64,000 nt of DNA from contig CAWDXG010000001.1 in NCBI GenBank assembly GCA_963806225.1, positions 288,001-352,000 of the forward strand, written 5' to 3'. Under the pieces are notes generated by a model. That model searched no databases. It saw only the letters and a program-made list of their open reading frames with translations, and was not told the origin of the DNA. The DNA comes from an uncultured delta proteobacterium (GTDB taxonomy: Bacteria; Myxococcota_A; Polyangia; Polyangiales; Polyangiaceae). This document shows, piece after piece, positions 20,401-29,440 of the stretch (its first letter is position 1; every line of letters begins with the position of its first letter). Made by a program: the position numbers and the translations under genes.

Positions 20401-20748
20401 TCACCGCTTCCAGACGACCGCCGTGCCCCGGATGTTCCAGACCAGGACGCCGTCGCCGTTTCGCCCCTGCGTCTCGACAACGTCCACGACTGCATCGGCC
20501 CCTACCTCGCAGGCCTTGTTGATGAGCCAGTGGCGCAAGTCCTTGTCGGGCTCGTCCCACTTGCCCGAAAAATCGCGAAGCACCTGGTACTCACCAGGTG
20601 AAGCCTGACCGGGAGGGAACAGCTTCACGTGCCCACATCCCGCGTTGATGTCTGGCCACCGCGCTCCGCCTCCGCTGGAGTCGCAACCGGCCAGGGTCAG
20701 CGCCACCGCCACGAGAGAGACATGAATCCACAAGTTCGATCTCGTCAT
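20401..20748 (-). CDS. Small lipoprotein (YbjQ/RcsF-like C-terminal pattern)
   Basis: Lipobox LAGC; KACEVGADAVVDV...GTAVVWK. Confidence 0.65.
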   Translation of the reverse strand: MTRSNLWIHVSLVAVALTLAGCDSSGGGARWPDINAGCGHVKLFPPGQASPGEYQVLRDFSGKWDEPDKDLRHWLINKACEVGADAVVDVVETQGRNGDGVLVWNIRGTAVVWKR

Positions 20749-20813
20749 TCTTCTCGCCGGGCAGCATAGCGGGAAGTGAAGCCATCAAGCTAGCCCCGGA
20801 ACAACCTCGCAGA

Positions 20814-20921
20814 ACAGGGATCATGCAAATTTGATTCCCGGTGGTTATGCGTTGAATTTGCGGTGATTGCGAGCCGCGGGCAACCTGACCACCGGGAATC
20901 GGCGTATGTAATCGCCTCTGT
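20814..20921 (+). ncRNA. Candidate structured RNA (long rod hairpin)
   Basis: Perfect 13-bp IR GATTCCCGGTGGT (20833-45) / ACCACCGGGAATC (20888-900), extended inward and outward by stems rich in G-U pairs that form only on the + strand. Confidence 0.4.
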
Positions 20922-21012
20922 GCCCTGGCGCCGCTACTTCGGAGTTCCGCCATTCCCCGAACCTGCGCCGCCCACGCCAGGCCGGGACAACTGCCCGCCG
21001 AGTGCGCGTGCT

Positions 21013-23499
21013 TCAGCGCACCACGATGGAGAGCGCGCGGTCGGCGGCTCCGCCCTTCACGTCGAGGGTGGCCTTGCCGCCGTCGAGGACGAGCTTGCCC
21101 GGGCCGGTCACGTCAATCGTGCCGCTGTTGATGACGACGCTCTGGCCGTTCCAGGTGGCGCTCGACGGTGCGGTAGCGAGCTTGTCCGCCTGCCACGAGT
21201 ACGAGAGTCCGCCGGCTTCCGTCCAGTCGCTGCTGCCGCCGGGGTAGAGCCACAGTACGCGGTCGTCCTTCACGTCGGCGAGCGTCACCGTGCCGGTGGC
21301 TGGCTTCGCGGCAACCAGCGTGTCGACAGTGTCGGGTAGCAGCACCAGCACCGAGCCGGCTGGCACGAACACGGGGATCTGGTCGAGCGGCGCGGCCGCG
21401 CTCGTCGTGCCGCCGCCGTCGGGGATCGTCGTCGGCTTGCCGCCCTCGAGCGGATAGAACGTGCCGCCCGGCAGCTGCACGTCGCGCTTCGTGGCGCCCT
21501 GCTTGACCACCGGCGCGACGATCAGCCGGTCACCGAGCATGTACTCGTCGGTCATGCTCCAGCCGGGCGAAAAGTCCGGATAGTTGTAGGCGAGGGGCCG
21601 CATCATCGGCGTGCCCTTGTCGGAGGCTTGCTTCGCCAGCCCGTCCAGATAGGGGAACAGCTGGATGTGCAGCTTGGCGTAGCGCTTGAAGAGCGCGATC
21701 GTCGCCGCGTCCTTTTCCCAGTTCCAGTTCGCCTGCGCGCTCTTGCCGTGGTGCGTGCGCATCACCGGCGAGAAGGCGCCGAGCTCCGTCCAGCGGAAGA
21801 ACAGCTCCTTCGTGCTCGGCTGCGTGCCCTGGCTCATGTAGCCGGCAATGTCGCTGCCGAAGTAGGGAAAGCCCGTGACGCCCAGCCCGATCCCCATCGG
21901 GATCACGCTCGGCAGGCCGTCGCCGTCGCTGAAATCGGTCTGCTGATCGCCACCCCACACCACGCTAACCAGCGGCTGCGAGCCGACGTATGCCGATCGC
22001 ACGAAGAACAGCCGGTCGACGCCGTCGGCCTTGTGCATCGAGTCGAATAGCTGCTTGTTCAGGCGCTGGAAATCCACCGGGTACAGGTTGTGGCGCGCCT
22101 CGGCGCTGTCGCCGGAGGCGAGCTTGGCGTCCGTGGGCAGCCACTCGCCGTAGTCCGCCATGTAGCCGTCGGCGCCCAGATCCAGTCCCTCCTTGTACTT
22201 CTTCTTCACCCAGGCCACCGCGTCCGGGTTCGACAGATCCGCCATCGAGGTGTCGTGGAACTTCACGCCGCTGAACAGATACGGCTTTCCCGCGTCGTCC
22301 TTGATCGTGTAGCCGCCCTTCACCGCTTCCTGGTAGACGGGCTCGGTGCTGTCGAGGAAGGTGTTGTTGTAGGTGAAGAACTTGTAGCCCTCGTCGTGCA
22401 GGTCGCTCGCCACCTGCTCGAAGTCCGGATAGAGGTTGCGGTCCACCTCCCAGCTCTCGCTCAGCGTGTAGCCGAGGCCGTCCTTCGCCCCGCCGCGCCA
22501 GTCCTCGGTCCAGATCACGGACGCCGGGACGTCGTTGCCGCGCAGCGCCTGGGCGACATCGCGCACGTTCTGCGAGCCGTAGATCGCGTCGAGCCAGGGC
22601 GCGAAGGCGAAGGGCGGAGGGAGCGCCGGGCGGCCGACGGCGGCTGTCATCTTCTCGACGGTGGTCGCCGGATCGGGCCCGTAGAACAGCGTCACGTCCA
22701 GCTTGTTCTCCCAGGACTCGATGCGCACGGTGTGCTCGTTCCCGGAACACATGTCGAACTTCGAGTAGTAGGGCGTGTCCAGCAGCAGGCCGTAGCCGCG
22801 ATTGGTCACGTACATCGGTATCGGCGAGTGCGTGGTGTGGCGGCGGCCCTTCAGGTACCAGAGCCCCTGGATATCGTCGGTCGGCAGCTTGCCGATACCG
22901 TCCTCGCTCACCCAGATGGGCACCGTCTGCCCGCGCTGGTCCACGTCGAACGACTGCCCCCCGAATCCGATGAAGTGATCGTCCGCGTTGCACTTGAACG
23001 CCATGCTGGCGCGGTCGTCCGCGTCGCGGCCGGCCAGCACCAGGTGCAGGTTGCCGTCCGCCGTCGGTTCGATGCGGCCCTTGCCGAGTGCTCCGTGGCT
23101 GCCTTCTAGCGAGAAGGACAGGCTGCCGTCGGCGGCCTGCTTCACCGCGGCGAGCTTCGTGACGCCGCTCCAGGGATCCGCGTTGGTCTCCTCGATCTTG
23201 AAGGAGCCGAACATCATCTCGTAGCTGGCGTCGGCGTGGCGGAAGGCGGCGGCGATGTCGGGCGTGCCGCTTCCACCGCTGCCGCCCGGTAGCCCGTCGA
23301 TCAGCACCGTGCCGTCGGGGGCGGTGATCACGATGCGGGCGGGGTCGGTGTCGAGCTGGACGTCCAGGCCCCCGACGGTCCCGTGCACGGTCCTGCCGTG
23401 GCTGGCGCTGGAGCTGCAGGCGGGCAGGCACGACAGTGCCACCAACGGCGCCCAGAGCAGCACTCTGGAGCCGCGAGGGCGGGCGGGTGCAGGGCTCAT
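21013..23499 (-). CDS. GH31 alpha-glycosidase lipoprotein (YihQ/sulfoquinovosidase-like scaffold)
   Basis: Lipobox-like CLPAC; GYMADYGEWLP nucleophile; WGGDQ acid/base; SDIAGY; KELFFRW..LGAFSPVMRTH. Confidence 0.88.
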   Translation of the reverse strand: MSPAPARPRGSRVLLWAPLVALSCLPACSSSASHGRTVHGTVGGLDVQLDTDPARIVITAPDGTVLIDGLPGGSGGSGTPDIAAAFRHADASYEMMFGSFKIEETNADPWSGVTKLAAVKQAADGSLSFSLEGSHGALGKGRIEPTADGNLHLVLAGRDADDRASMAFKCNADDHFIGFGGQSFDVDQRGQTVPIWVSEDGIGKLPTDDIQGLWYLKGRRHTTHSPIPMYVTNRGYGLLLDTPYYSKFDMCSGNEHTVRIESWENKLDVTLFYGPDPATTVEKMTAAVGRPALPPPFAFAPWLDAIYGSQNVRDVAQALRGNDVPASVIWTEDWRGGAKDGLGYTLSESWEVDRNLYPDFEQVASDLHDEGYKFFTYNNTFLDSTEPVYQEAVKGGYTIKDDAGKPYLFSGVKFHDTSMADLSNPDAVAWVKKKYKEGLDLGADGYMADYGEWLPTDAKLASGDSAEARHNLYPVDFQRLNKQLFDSMHKADGVDRLFFVRSAYVGSQPLVSVVWGGDQQTDFSDGDGLPSVIPMGIGLGVTGFPYFGSDIAGYMSQGTQPSTKELFFRWTELGAFSPVMRTHHGKSAQANWNWEKDAATIALFKRYAKLHIQLFPYLDGLAKQASDKGTPMMRPLAYNYPDFSPGWSMTDEYMLGDRLIVAPVVKQGATKRDVQLPGGTFYPLEGGKPTTIPDGGGTTSAAAPLDQIPVFVPAGSVLVLLPDTVDTLVAAKPATGTVTLADVKDDRVLWLYPGGSSDWTEAGGLSYSWQADKLATAPSSATWNGQSVVINSGTIDVTGPGKLVLDGGKATLDVKGGAADRALSIVVR

Positions 23500-23780
23500 C
23501 CAGCAATTTCTACCGCATCCGACCAGCGTGGCGATATGGCGCCGCTCCACCACGCCGCGCCAGAGTGCGGCGTCCGTGGGGCAGGCTGCCCGCCGCCCGG
23601 CTTTTCCCGGGGCTGGCGGCGGGCAGGCCATGTTCCGGGAGGCGGCAATCGCCGCGTTTCTCCCAGGAGATCAGCAGGTTATGGCTCCGATAGCCGCGCC
23701 CTGCCGTTCCGGGTGCGCATTTTGCTTCGGGAGTGCGGACTTGCGCCCTGACAGCACCTGTTGCCACGCTGGGCCCCGCG

Positions 23781-24998
23781 ATGGGACCTAGATCCAGGTG
23801 GCCTGCGGGGCTTGCGCTGTTCGGGGCGGTGTTGGGGCTGGTCTTCGCGTCCTATTCGACGCTGGACTACGCCGCGCACCTCGACCGACGGCTGCACAAC
23901 ATCCACTGTAGCTTCATTCCCGGCGCACCGCCGACCTCCGAGGCCGAGGCGTGCCGGGCGGCGATGTACAGCCCGTACTCCGCGCTGTTCAAGGGGCAGT
24001 ACTGGGGCGGGATCCCCATTTCGCTGTTCGCGCTGGGGGCGTTCTCGTTCCTGGCCGGCTTCGCCCTCTACCTGCTTCTTTCCGGCCCGCGTGCGCCGAA
24101 GAAGGCGGTGGTGTTCCAGGCGGTGGTGGGGACGACTCCGCTTCTGGTGTCGCTCCTGATGTTGGCCATCTCCGTCATCAAGCTGGGCGAGATCTGCAAG
24201 GTGTGCGCGGGGATCTACTTCTCGTCGGCCCTTCTCGCGACCGGTTCCCTGGTCGGTTTGATGACCCTCAAGGGGCGCGGAACGCAGGCGATGGATGCGC
24301 CGCCGCGACCCACGATCAACATCGTGTTCCCGGTGTTGTGGCTGGCGGCACTCGCCGTCATCTCGCTGATCCCCTCGTTCGTGTACGCCAGCACGATGCC
24401 CGATCAGCGGCCCTACCTGTCGACCTGCGGCAAGCTGAAGAAGGCCAGCGAGTCGCACAACGCGCTCATCAAGATGAGCACGCCGCAGTCGGTGCAGCCC
24501 ACCACGCTCTTCGAAGACCCGCTGTGTCCGACGTGCAAGGCGTTCCACGAGCGCCTGGTCTCCGAAGGCGTGTTCGACAAGCTCAGCGTGCAGCTGGCGC
24601 TGTTCCCGCTGGACACGGAGTGCAACTGGATGCTCGACAATTCGCTGCATCCCGGCGCGTGCACCGTGTCCAAAGCCGTGCTGTGCGGCGGCGATCAGGC
24701 GCGGCAGGTGCTCGAGTGGGCGTTCCACGACCAGGACTACCTCAAGCGGGCCGGCAAGGCCGGCGAGCCCACGCTGCGCGCAGTGATCAAGAAGCGCTGG
24801 GGGGACAAGATGCTCAAGTGCATCGACGCCAACAGCACCAAGGTGCGGCTGAACCAGAACCTGCATTACGCGGCGGACAACAACATTCCGGTATCGACCC
24901 CGCAGATGTACCTGGGACAGAGGCGCGTGTGTGACGAGGACACCGACCTCGGCTTGATGTACACCCTCCAACAGCTTGCCCCGCAGGTGTTCAAATGA
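23781..24998 (+). CDS. VKOR-thioredoxin (DsbA-like) fusion
   Basis: VKOR loop cysteines (HCSF...ACRAAMYSPYS) and CKVC; Trx domain DPLCPTC, ECN...HPGAC, cis-Pro STP. Confidence 0.88.
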   Translation: MGPRSRWPAGLALFGAVLGLVFASYSTLDYAAHLDRRLHNIHCSFIPGAPPTSEAEACRAAMYSPYSALFKGQYWGGIPISLFALGAFSFLAGFALYLLLSGPRAPKKAVVFQAVVGTTPLLVSLLMLAISVIKLGEICKVCAGIYFSSALLATGSLVGLMTLKGRGTQAMDAPPRPTINIVFPVLWLAALAVISLIPSFVYASTMPDQRPYLSTCGKLKKASESHNALIKMSTPQSVQPTTLFEDPLCPTCKAFHERLVSEGVFDKLSVQLALFPLDTECNWMLDNSLHPGACTVSKAVLCGGDQARQVLEWAFHDQDYLKRAGKAGEPTLRAVIKKRWGDKMLKCIDANSTKVRLNQNLHYAADNNIPVSTPQMYLGQRRVCDEDTDLGLMYTLQQLAPQVFK

Positions 24999-25846
24999 CA
25001 GAGCCCATGGGACCCCACGGCACGTTGCCCGGCGGAGTCGTTCCTGGCGGACAGCAGCAGGGAGGCGCGCCGCCCGCGGGAGGTCCGCCGCCGGGCGGCG
25101 TCGCGCCAGGCGTCCCGCCAGCGGGTAGTCCGCCGTCGAAGGCAGGCCTGCCGTCGTGGCTGGCGCCGCTCTCGGGCATGCTCGCCACCCTGGTCCTGCT
25201 CATCTCCATGGTCGTAATGGTGAGCACGACGGTTGGCAACGCCAAGGAACGGCTGGTGACGCCGCAAGCCGAGAAGCCGAAGGTCGCCATCGCCAACGAA
25301 GCCGAGGTCGGCTACTGCACGCCTCAGTTCAAGAAGGTGCTCGAGCGCGTGTTGCACTCCTGCGGCCTGGCGAGCGGCGGCGAGCGGCGCGGGTGCAAGC
25401 CCACGGACGTGAAGACCTTCGCTTCCATCAGCGACGAGGACTTCAACGCGCTGTTCACGCCGCTCAAGGAACGCGGAGCGGTGCTGATGTTCGATATCGG
25501 CAAGGACGAGCTCGACGACAACAGCAAGAAGCTGCTCGAGAAGAAGTGGTTCAATCGCAAGGGGGCGCGCTACTTCTTCGTGGTCGCGCGGGCCTCGAAG
25601 ACCGGCACCGTCGCCAAGAACCGCGCGCTGTCCCATCGCCGGGCGAACTCCGTGATGTTCTATCTGAAGAAGATCTCCAATGATCCGGAGATCGACAAGA
25701 AGGTCGGGCTGCTCTGGCTCGGCAACGAGTTCGCCCAGCTCTCCACGCAATACTGCTCGTGGCCCAATTCACGTCCGGAGAAGAAGTGCGACGACGACGC
25801 CATCAACCGCAGCGCATTCGTTTCCTGGGTGGACTGCCGGCTGTAG
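24995..25846 (+). CDS. Single-TM protein with Cys-rich OmpA/MotB-like C-terminal domain
   Basis: ATGA overlap; Pro/Gly N-terminus, TM helix; MFDIGKDELD...NRALSHRRANSV..YL...NRS; six Cys. Confidence 0.7.
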   Translation: MTEPMGPHGTLPGGVVPGGQQQGGAPPAGGPPPGGVAPGVPPAGSPPSKAGLPSWLAPLSGMLATLVLLISMVVMVSTTVGNAKERLVTPQAEKPKVAIANEAEVGYCTPQFKKVLERVLHSCGLASGGERRGCKPTDVKTFASISDEDFNALFTPLKERGAVLMFDIGKDELDDNSKKLLEKKWFNRKGARYFFVVARASKTGTVAKNRALSHRRANSVMFYLKKISNDPEIDKKVGLLWLGNEFAQLSTQYCSWPNSRPEKKCDDDAINRSAFVSWVDCRL

Positions 25847-26499
25847 CCGCGCTGACCGCAGCGCTGGCTTCCAGCGCCTGCAGCAAGAAGGACGACGCCC
25901 CGCTCGCGCCCAAGGCGCGCAGCCAGTCCGTGGTGGCGACCGGGCCAGCCGACACTGCGACGGCGCCGCCAGCGCAGGCCTCCGCTCCGGAAAAGCCCAA
26001 AGAGGTAAAGAAGCCGCGCAAGCTGTGTGTGGACGAGATCAAGAAGCCCGGGCGACCCTTCCCGACCGTGACGCCGGCGCGGGCGGCGGCGAAGGGCGTG
26101 GCCGAGCCGCCCGCGGCCATGCCCATTGGCAAGAGCGGCTGGACGTGGGTGAACCTGTGGGCGGCGTGGTGCGCGCCGTGCAAGCAGGAGATGCCCCTGC
26201 TTCTGTCCTGGCAGAAACAGCTCGGCGCGCACATGCAGGTGCTGTTCGTCAGTATGGATGACGACGAGCGGCAGCTGCACGGCTTCCTCGACGGGCAGCC
26301 CGAAAGCGGCATGCGTTCGACCTACTGGCTGCCGGACGGCAAGAAGCGCGAGGATTTCCTGAAGGACGCGCACATCGACGAGGACACCGCACTGCCGGTG
26401 CAGCTTCTGGTCGATCCGAAGGGCGAGGTGCGCTGTGTCGTGCACGGCGCCATCGAGGACAGCGATCTGGCGCAGGTCCGCAAGATCGTCGGCGGATAG
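25786..26499 (+). CDS. TlpA/ResA-family thiol-disulfide oxidoreductase lipoprotein (start uncertain)
   Basis: Lipobox-like ASSAC; VNLWAAWCAPCKQEMP; FVSMD; LP...LVDPKG. Confidence 0.85.
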   Translation: MRRRRHQPQRIRFLGGLPAVAALTAALASSACSKKDDAPLAPKARSQSVVATGPADTATAPPAQASAPEKPKEVKKPRKLCVDEIKKPGRPFPTVTPARAAAKGVAEPPAAMPIGKSGWTWVNLWAAWCAPCKQEMPLLLSWQKQLGAHMQVLFVSMDDDERQLHGFLDGQPESGMRSTYWLPDGKKREDFLKDAHIDEDTALPVQLLVDPKGEVRCVVHGAIEDSDLAQVRKIVGG

Positions 26500-26510
26500 C
26501 GGTCTCTGCC

Positions 26511-27674
26511 ATGGATCCGGAGCTGCCGACGATCCAGCTGCCGGGCTTTCTCAAGCGTGCGCTCGCGGCGGGCCACCCGTGGGTGTATCGCGATCACGTG
26601 CCGCGCGGGCTGTCCCTGTCATCGGGCAGCTGGGTCAGGGTGCAGGCCGGCAACTTCGCTGGCTACGCCCTGTGGGACGAGCGATCGCCGATCGCGCTCC
26701 GCGTGCTGTCGGCAGAGCGGCTGCCGGACGCGCTCTGGACGCTCGAACGCGTGCAGCGGGCGTGGGAATTGCGGGAGTTGGTGCGCTCCGGGGACACGAC
26801 CGCTCTGCGCTGGCTCAACGGCGAAGGCGACGGCCTGCCGGGTATCACGGTGGACCTGTACGGTGGTTTCGCCGTGGTCGTGAGCTATGTCGACGCGGTC
26901 GAGCCACTCTTGCCGTGGGTGGTCGACGCGCTCGCCCAGACCACGAAGCTGGCGGGCGTCGTGCGCCGCCGCAAGGGCGAGGAGCTGGAGCTCCTGTCCG
27001 GACGCAAGCCGCCGCGCGAGCTCATCGTGAGCGAGCACGGGCTCCGCTTTGCGGTCGATCTGTACGCCGGGCAGAAGACCGGACTGTTCCTCGACCACCG
27101 CGACAACCGCCGAACGGTTGGACAGCTCTCCGCAGGGCGGCGCGTGCTCAATCTGTTCTCGTACTCGGGAGGCTTCTCGGTGCACGCGGCGGCAGCGGGT
27201 GCGACAGCGGTGACCAGTGTGGACAGCGCGCCGGCGGCCATGGCGGACGCGACGCGCAATCTCGAGCTGAACGGTCTCGACCCCGACAGCCACGAGCCGG
27301 TGGTATCGGACGCCTTCGAGTTCCTCGAGCGCGCGGTGAGCCAGGCGCGGCGCTTCGATCTGGTCGTGTGCGATCCGCCGAGCTTCGCCCGTGAACGGAG
27401 CCAGCTCGATGCCGCGCTCAAGGCCTATACGCGCGTGAACATGCTGGGCCTCAGGGTGACGGAGCCGGGCGGGCTGTACGCGGCGGCGAGCTGCACCGCG
27501 CAAGTCTCTCCGCAGGCCTTCCGCGAGACCCTGGCGGAGTCGGCGAGGCGTGCCAAGCGCCGGCTGCAGATCGTTCACGAAGCCGGGCAGGCGCCCGATC
27601 ATCCGGTCATGGCCGGACATCTCGAAGGACGGTATCTGAAGTTCGTCGTGGGACGGGCTTTGCCCATCGCGTAG
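26511..27674 (+). CDS. RlmI-like SAM-dependent 23S rRNA methyltransferase
   Basis: PUA-like GHPWVY, GEGDGLPG.TVD.Y, GQKTGLFLDHRDNR, VLNLFSYSGGF, DPPSF, YLK. Confidence 0.9.
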   Translation: MDPELPTIQLPGFLKRALAAGHPWVYRDHVPRGLSLSSGSWVRVQAGNFAGYALWDERSPIALRVLSAERLPDALWTLERVQRAWELRELVRSGDTTALRWLNGEGDGLPGITVDLYGGFAVVVSYVDAVEPLLPWVVDALAQTTKLAGVVRRRKGEELELLSGRKPPRELIVSEHGLRFAVDLYAGQKTGLFLDHRDNRRTVGQLSAGRRVLNLFSYSGGFSVHAAAAGATAVTSVDSAPAAMADATRNLELNGLDPDSHEPVVSDAFEFLERAVSQARRFDLVVCDPPSFARERSQLDAALKAYTRVNMLGLRVTEPGGLYAAASCTAQVSPQAFRETLAESARRAKRRLQIVHEAGQAPDHPVMAGHLEGRYLKFVVGRALPIA

Positions 27675-27736
27675 GCGATGTCGATGTTGTGCCTCCGGTC
27701 GCGCCGCGCGATGCTGGCGGCGACGGGAGGTAGGGC

Positions 27737-28369
27737 ATGACGCTTCGATTGGTGGTTTTCCACGGTTCCGTTCGCAGCCATCGCCAGGGTATTCGAGCCG
27801 CGCGCTTCATCGCGGCGCAATGCCGGGCGCGTGGGCACGACGTGGCGCTCATGGACCCACTCGACTACCCGCTGCCGCTGCTCGATCGCATGTACAAGGA
27901 ACATGCGAAAGGCGAAGCACCGGACATGCTGGAGAAGCTGGCGCGCCTTGTCCGCGTCGCCGATGCGTACATCGTCGTGACGGCCGAGTACAATCATCTG
28001 CCTCCGCCCGCACTGGTGAACATCCTGGATCATTTCCTCGAGGAGTACTTCTGGAAGCCCTCGGGGATCGTGTCCTACTCCGCGGGGTCGTTCGGCGGCG
28101 TGAGGGCCGCTGTCGCGCTTCGCGAGATGTTGGCGGAGCTCGGCATGTCGTCGATTCCGTCGACGCTGCCGGTGCCCCGTGTGAAGAGCGCCTTCGACGA
28201 AGACGGCACGCCTATCGACGCGGCGGCCTGGGAGAAGCGTGCAGGGAAGTTCCTCGACGAATTCGAGTGGTACGCCACCGCACTTCGCGACGCGCGGGTC
28301 CGCGACGGAAAAGACATGTGCCCCGGTCGTGGGTTCTGCGAAGCGCTGGAGGCATTGGGCGGCGCGTGA
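27737..28369 (+). CDS. NADPH-dependent FMN reductase
   Basis: GSVR..RQG, VTAEYNH..PPAL.N.LD, KP.GIVSYS.GSFGGVRA. Confidence 0.9.
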   Translation: MTLRLVVFHGSVRSHRQGIRAARFIAAQCRARGHDVALMDPLDYPLPLLDRMYKEHAKGEAPDMLEKLARLVRVADAYIVVTAEYNHLPPPALVNILDHFLEEYFWKPSGIVSYSAGSFGGVRAAVALREMLAELGMSSIPSTLPVPRVKSAFDEDGTPIDAAAWEKRAGKFLDEFEWYATALRDARVRDGKDMCPGRGFCEALEALGGA

Positions 28370-28462
28370 AGCCGTCATGGCGGAAACATCCGCATCTGGC
28401 GGAAATGAACCGGAAATTGCTGTCACCAGACGGACCGCAAGCCGTGATACCCTGATCGGGTC

Positions 28463-29437
28463 ATGGCAACCTGCCGCTTACGCGTCCTGTTGGCGATCAC
28501 GCTGGGTTCGCTGGTCGCTGCTGCAGCCGGTTGCAGTGCGGCGTCGGGTCCGCCCAGCGAGCGGGGCTACTCCTCGTCGACTCCGGGCTGCAGCGAGGGT
28601 GATTGCAGCGCCTGCTCGACGTGCGTCGACTCGTGCGCGTGCACGACCCACGGCGACCCGAAGTGCTCGCAGGCCTGTAGCCAGGGCAAGGGCACTGGTG
28701 CGGGAGGCAGCGGTTCGATCGGGCAGGGCGGTAGCGGCACCGCGGGCTCGCCGGGCGCGGGCGGTTCGAGTGGCAGCTCGGGCGGCAGCGGCAGCGGCGG
28801 CAGCGGCAGCGGCGGCAGCGGCTACGGTGGGAGCGGCTACGGTGGCAGCGGCAGCGGCAGCGGCTACGGCGGCAGCGGCAGCGGCAGCGGCTACGGCGGC
28901 AGCGGCAGCGGCGGCAGTGGCGGGTCAGGTGCTGGCGGTTCGGGAGGTTCCGGATCCACCAGTGTCCAGCAGGCGGCGATCGATCGCGCGAAGGCGGGAG
29001 TCGGCTTCTCGTACTGGTGGGGTCATGGGCGCTTCCTGCCGCAGGGGCCGACGTCGAGCATCGCCGGCTCGTGCACCGGCAACTGCCCGAGCTGCACGCA
29101 CAGCGGCAGCTATGGCGGTGACTGTTCGGGATTCGCGGCGAAGGTCTGGCAGGTTCCGTCGACCAACACCGACATGAGCGTCGACTCGCATCCGTACAGC
29201 ACGCTCGATTTCAGCCAGGACACCAGCCAGTGGTCGACCGTGTCACGCGGCTCGATGCAGCAGGCCGACGCGATGGTGCATCGGCAGAACGGTGCCGGAC
29301 ACATCTTCATCTACGATCACGGCGACGGCTGGGGATCGATGTACGCCTACGAGTGCAAGGGCTGCTCGTACGGCTGCACGTCGGGGATGCGTACGGCTTC
29401 GAGCGCCTATCACCCGATACGCCGTACGGGGTACTAG
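28463..29437 (+). CDS. Lipoprotein with Cys-rich N-domain, Gly/Ser linker and NlpC/P60-like peptidase domain
   Basis: Lipobox AAGC; GFSYWWG...DCSGFAAKVW...GHIFIY (Cys/His dyad). Confidence 0.72.
   Translation: MATCRLRVLLAITLGSLVAAAAGCSAASGPPSERGYSSSTPGCSEGDCSACSTCVDSCACTTHGDPKCSQACSQGKGTGAGGSGSIGQGGSGTAGSPGAGGSSGSSGGSGSGGSGSGGSGYGGSGYGGSGSGSGYGGSGSGSGYGGSGSGGSGGSGAGGSGGSGSTSVQQAAIDRAKAGVGFSYWWGHGRFLPQGPTSSIAGSCTGNCPSCTHSGSYGGDCSGFAAKVWQVPSTNTDMSVDSHPYSTLDFSQDTSQWSTVSRGSMQQADAMVHRQNGAGHIFIYDHGDGWGSMYAYECKGCSYGCTSGMRTASSAYHPIRRTGY
28780..28950 (+). repeat. Gly/Ser/Tyr low-complexity coding repeat (GGSGSG/GYGGSG)
   Basis: Runs of GGCAGC, including a duplicated GGCTACGGyGGCAGCGGCAGCGGCAGC unit. 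Confidence 0.85.
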
Positions 29438-29440
29438 CGG

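Noticed and set aside
20770..20950. SRP RNA, tRNA or c-di-GMP riboswitch
   Set aside because: Lacks the SRP GGAA-loop motif, a cloverleaf with T-loop, and riboswitch consensus; folds on the strand opposite the adjacent genes.
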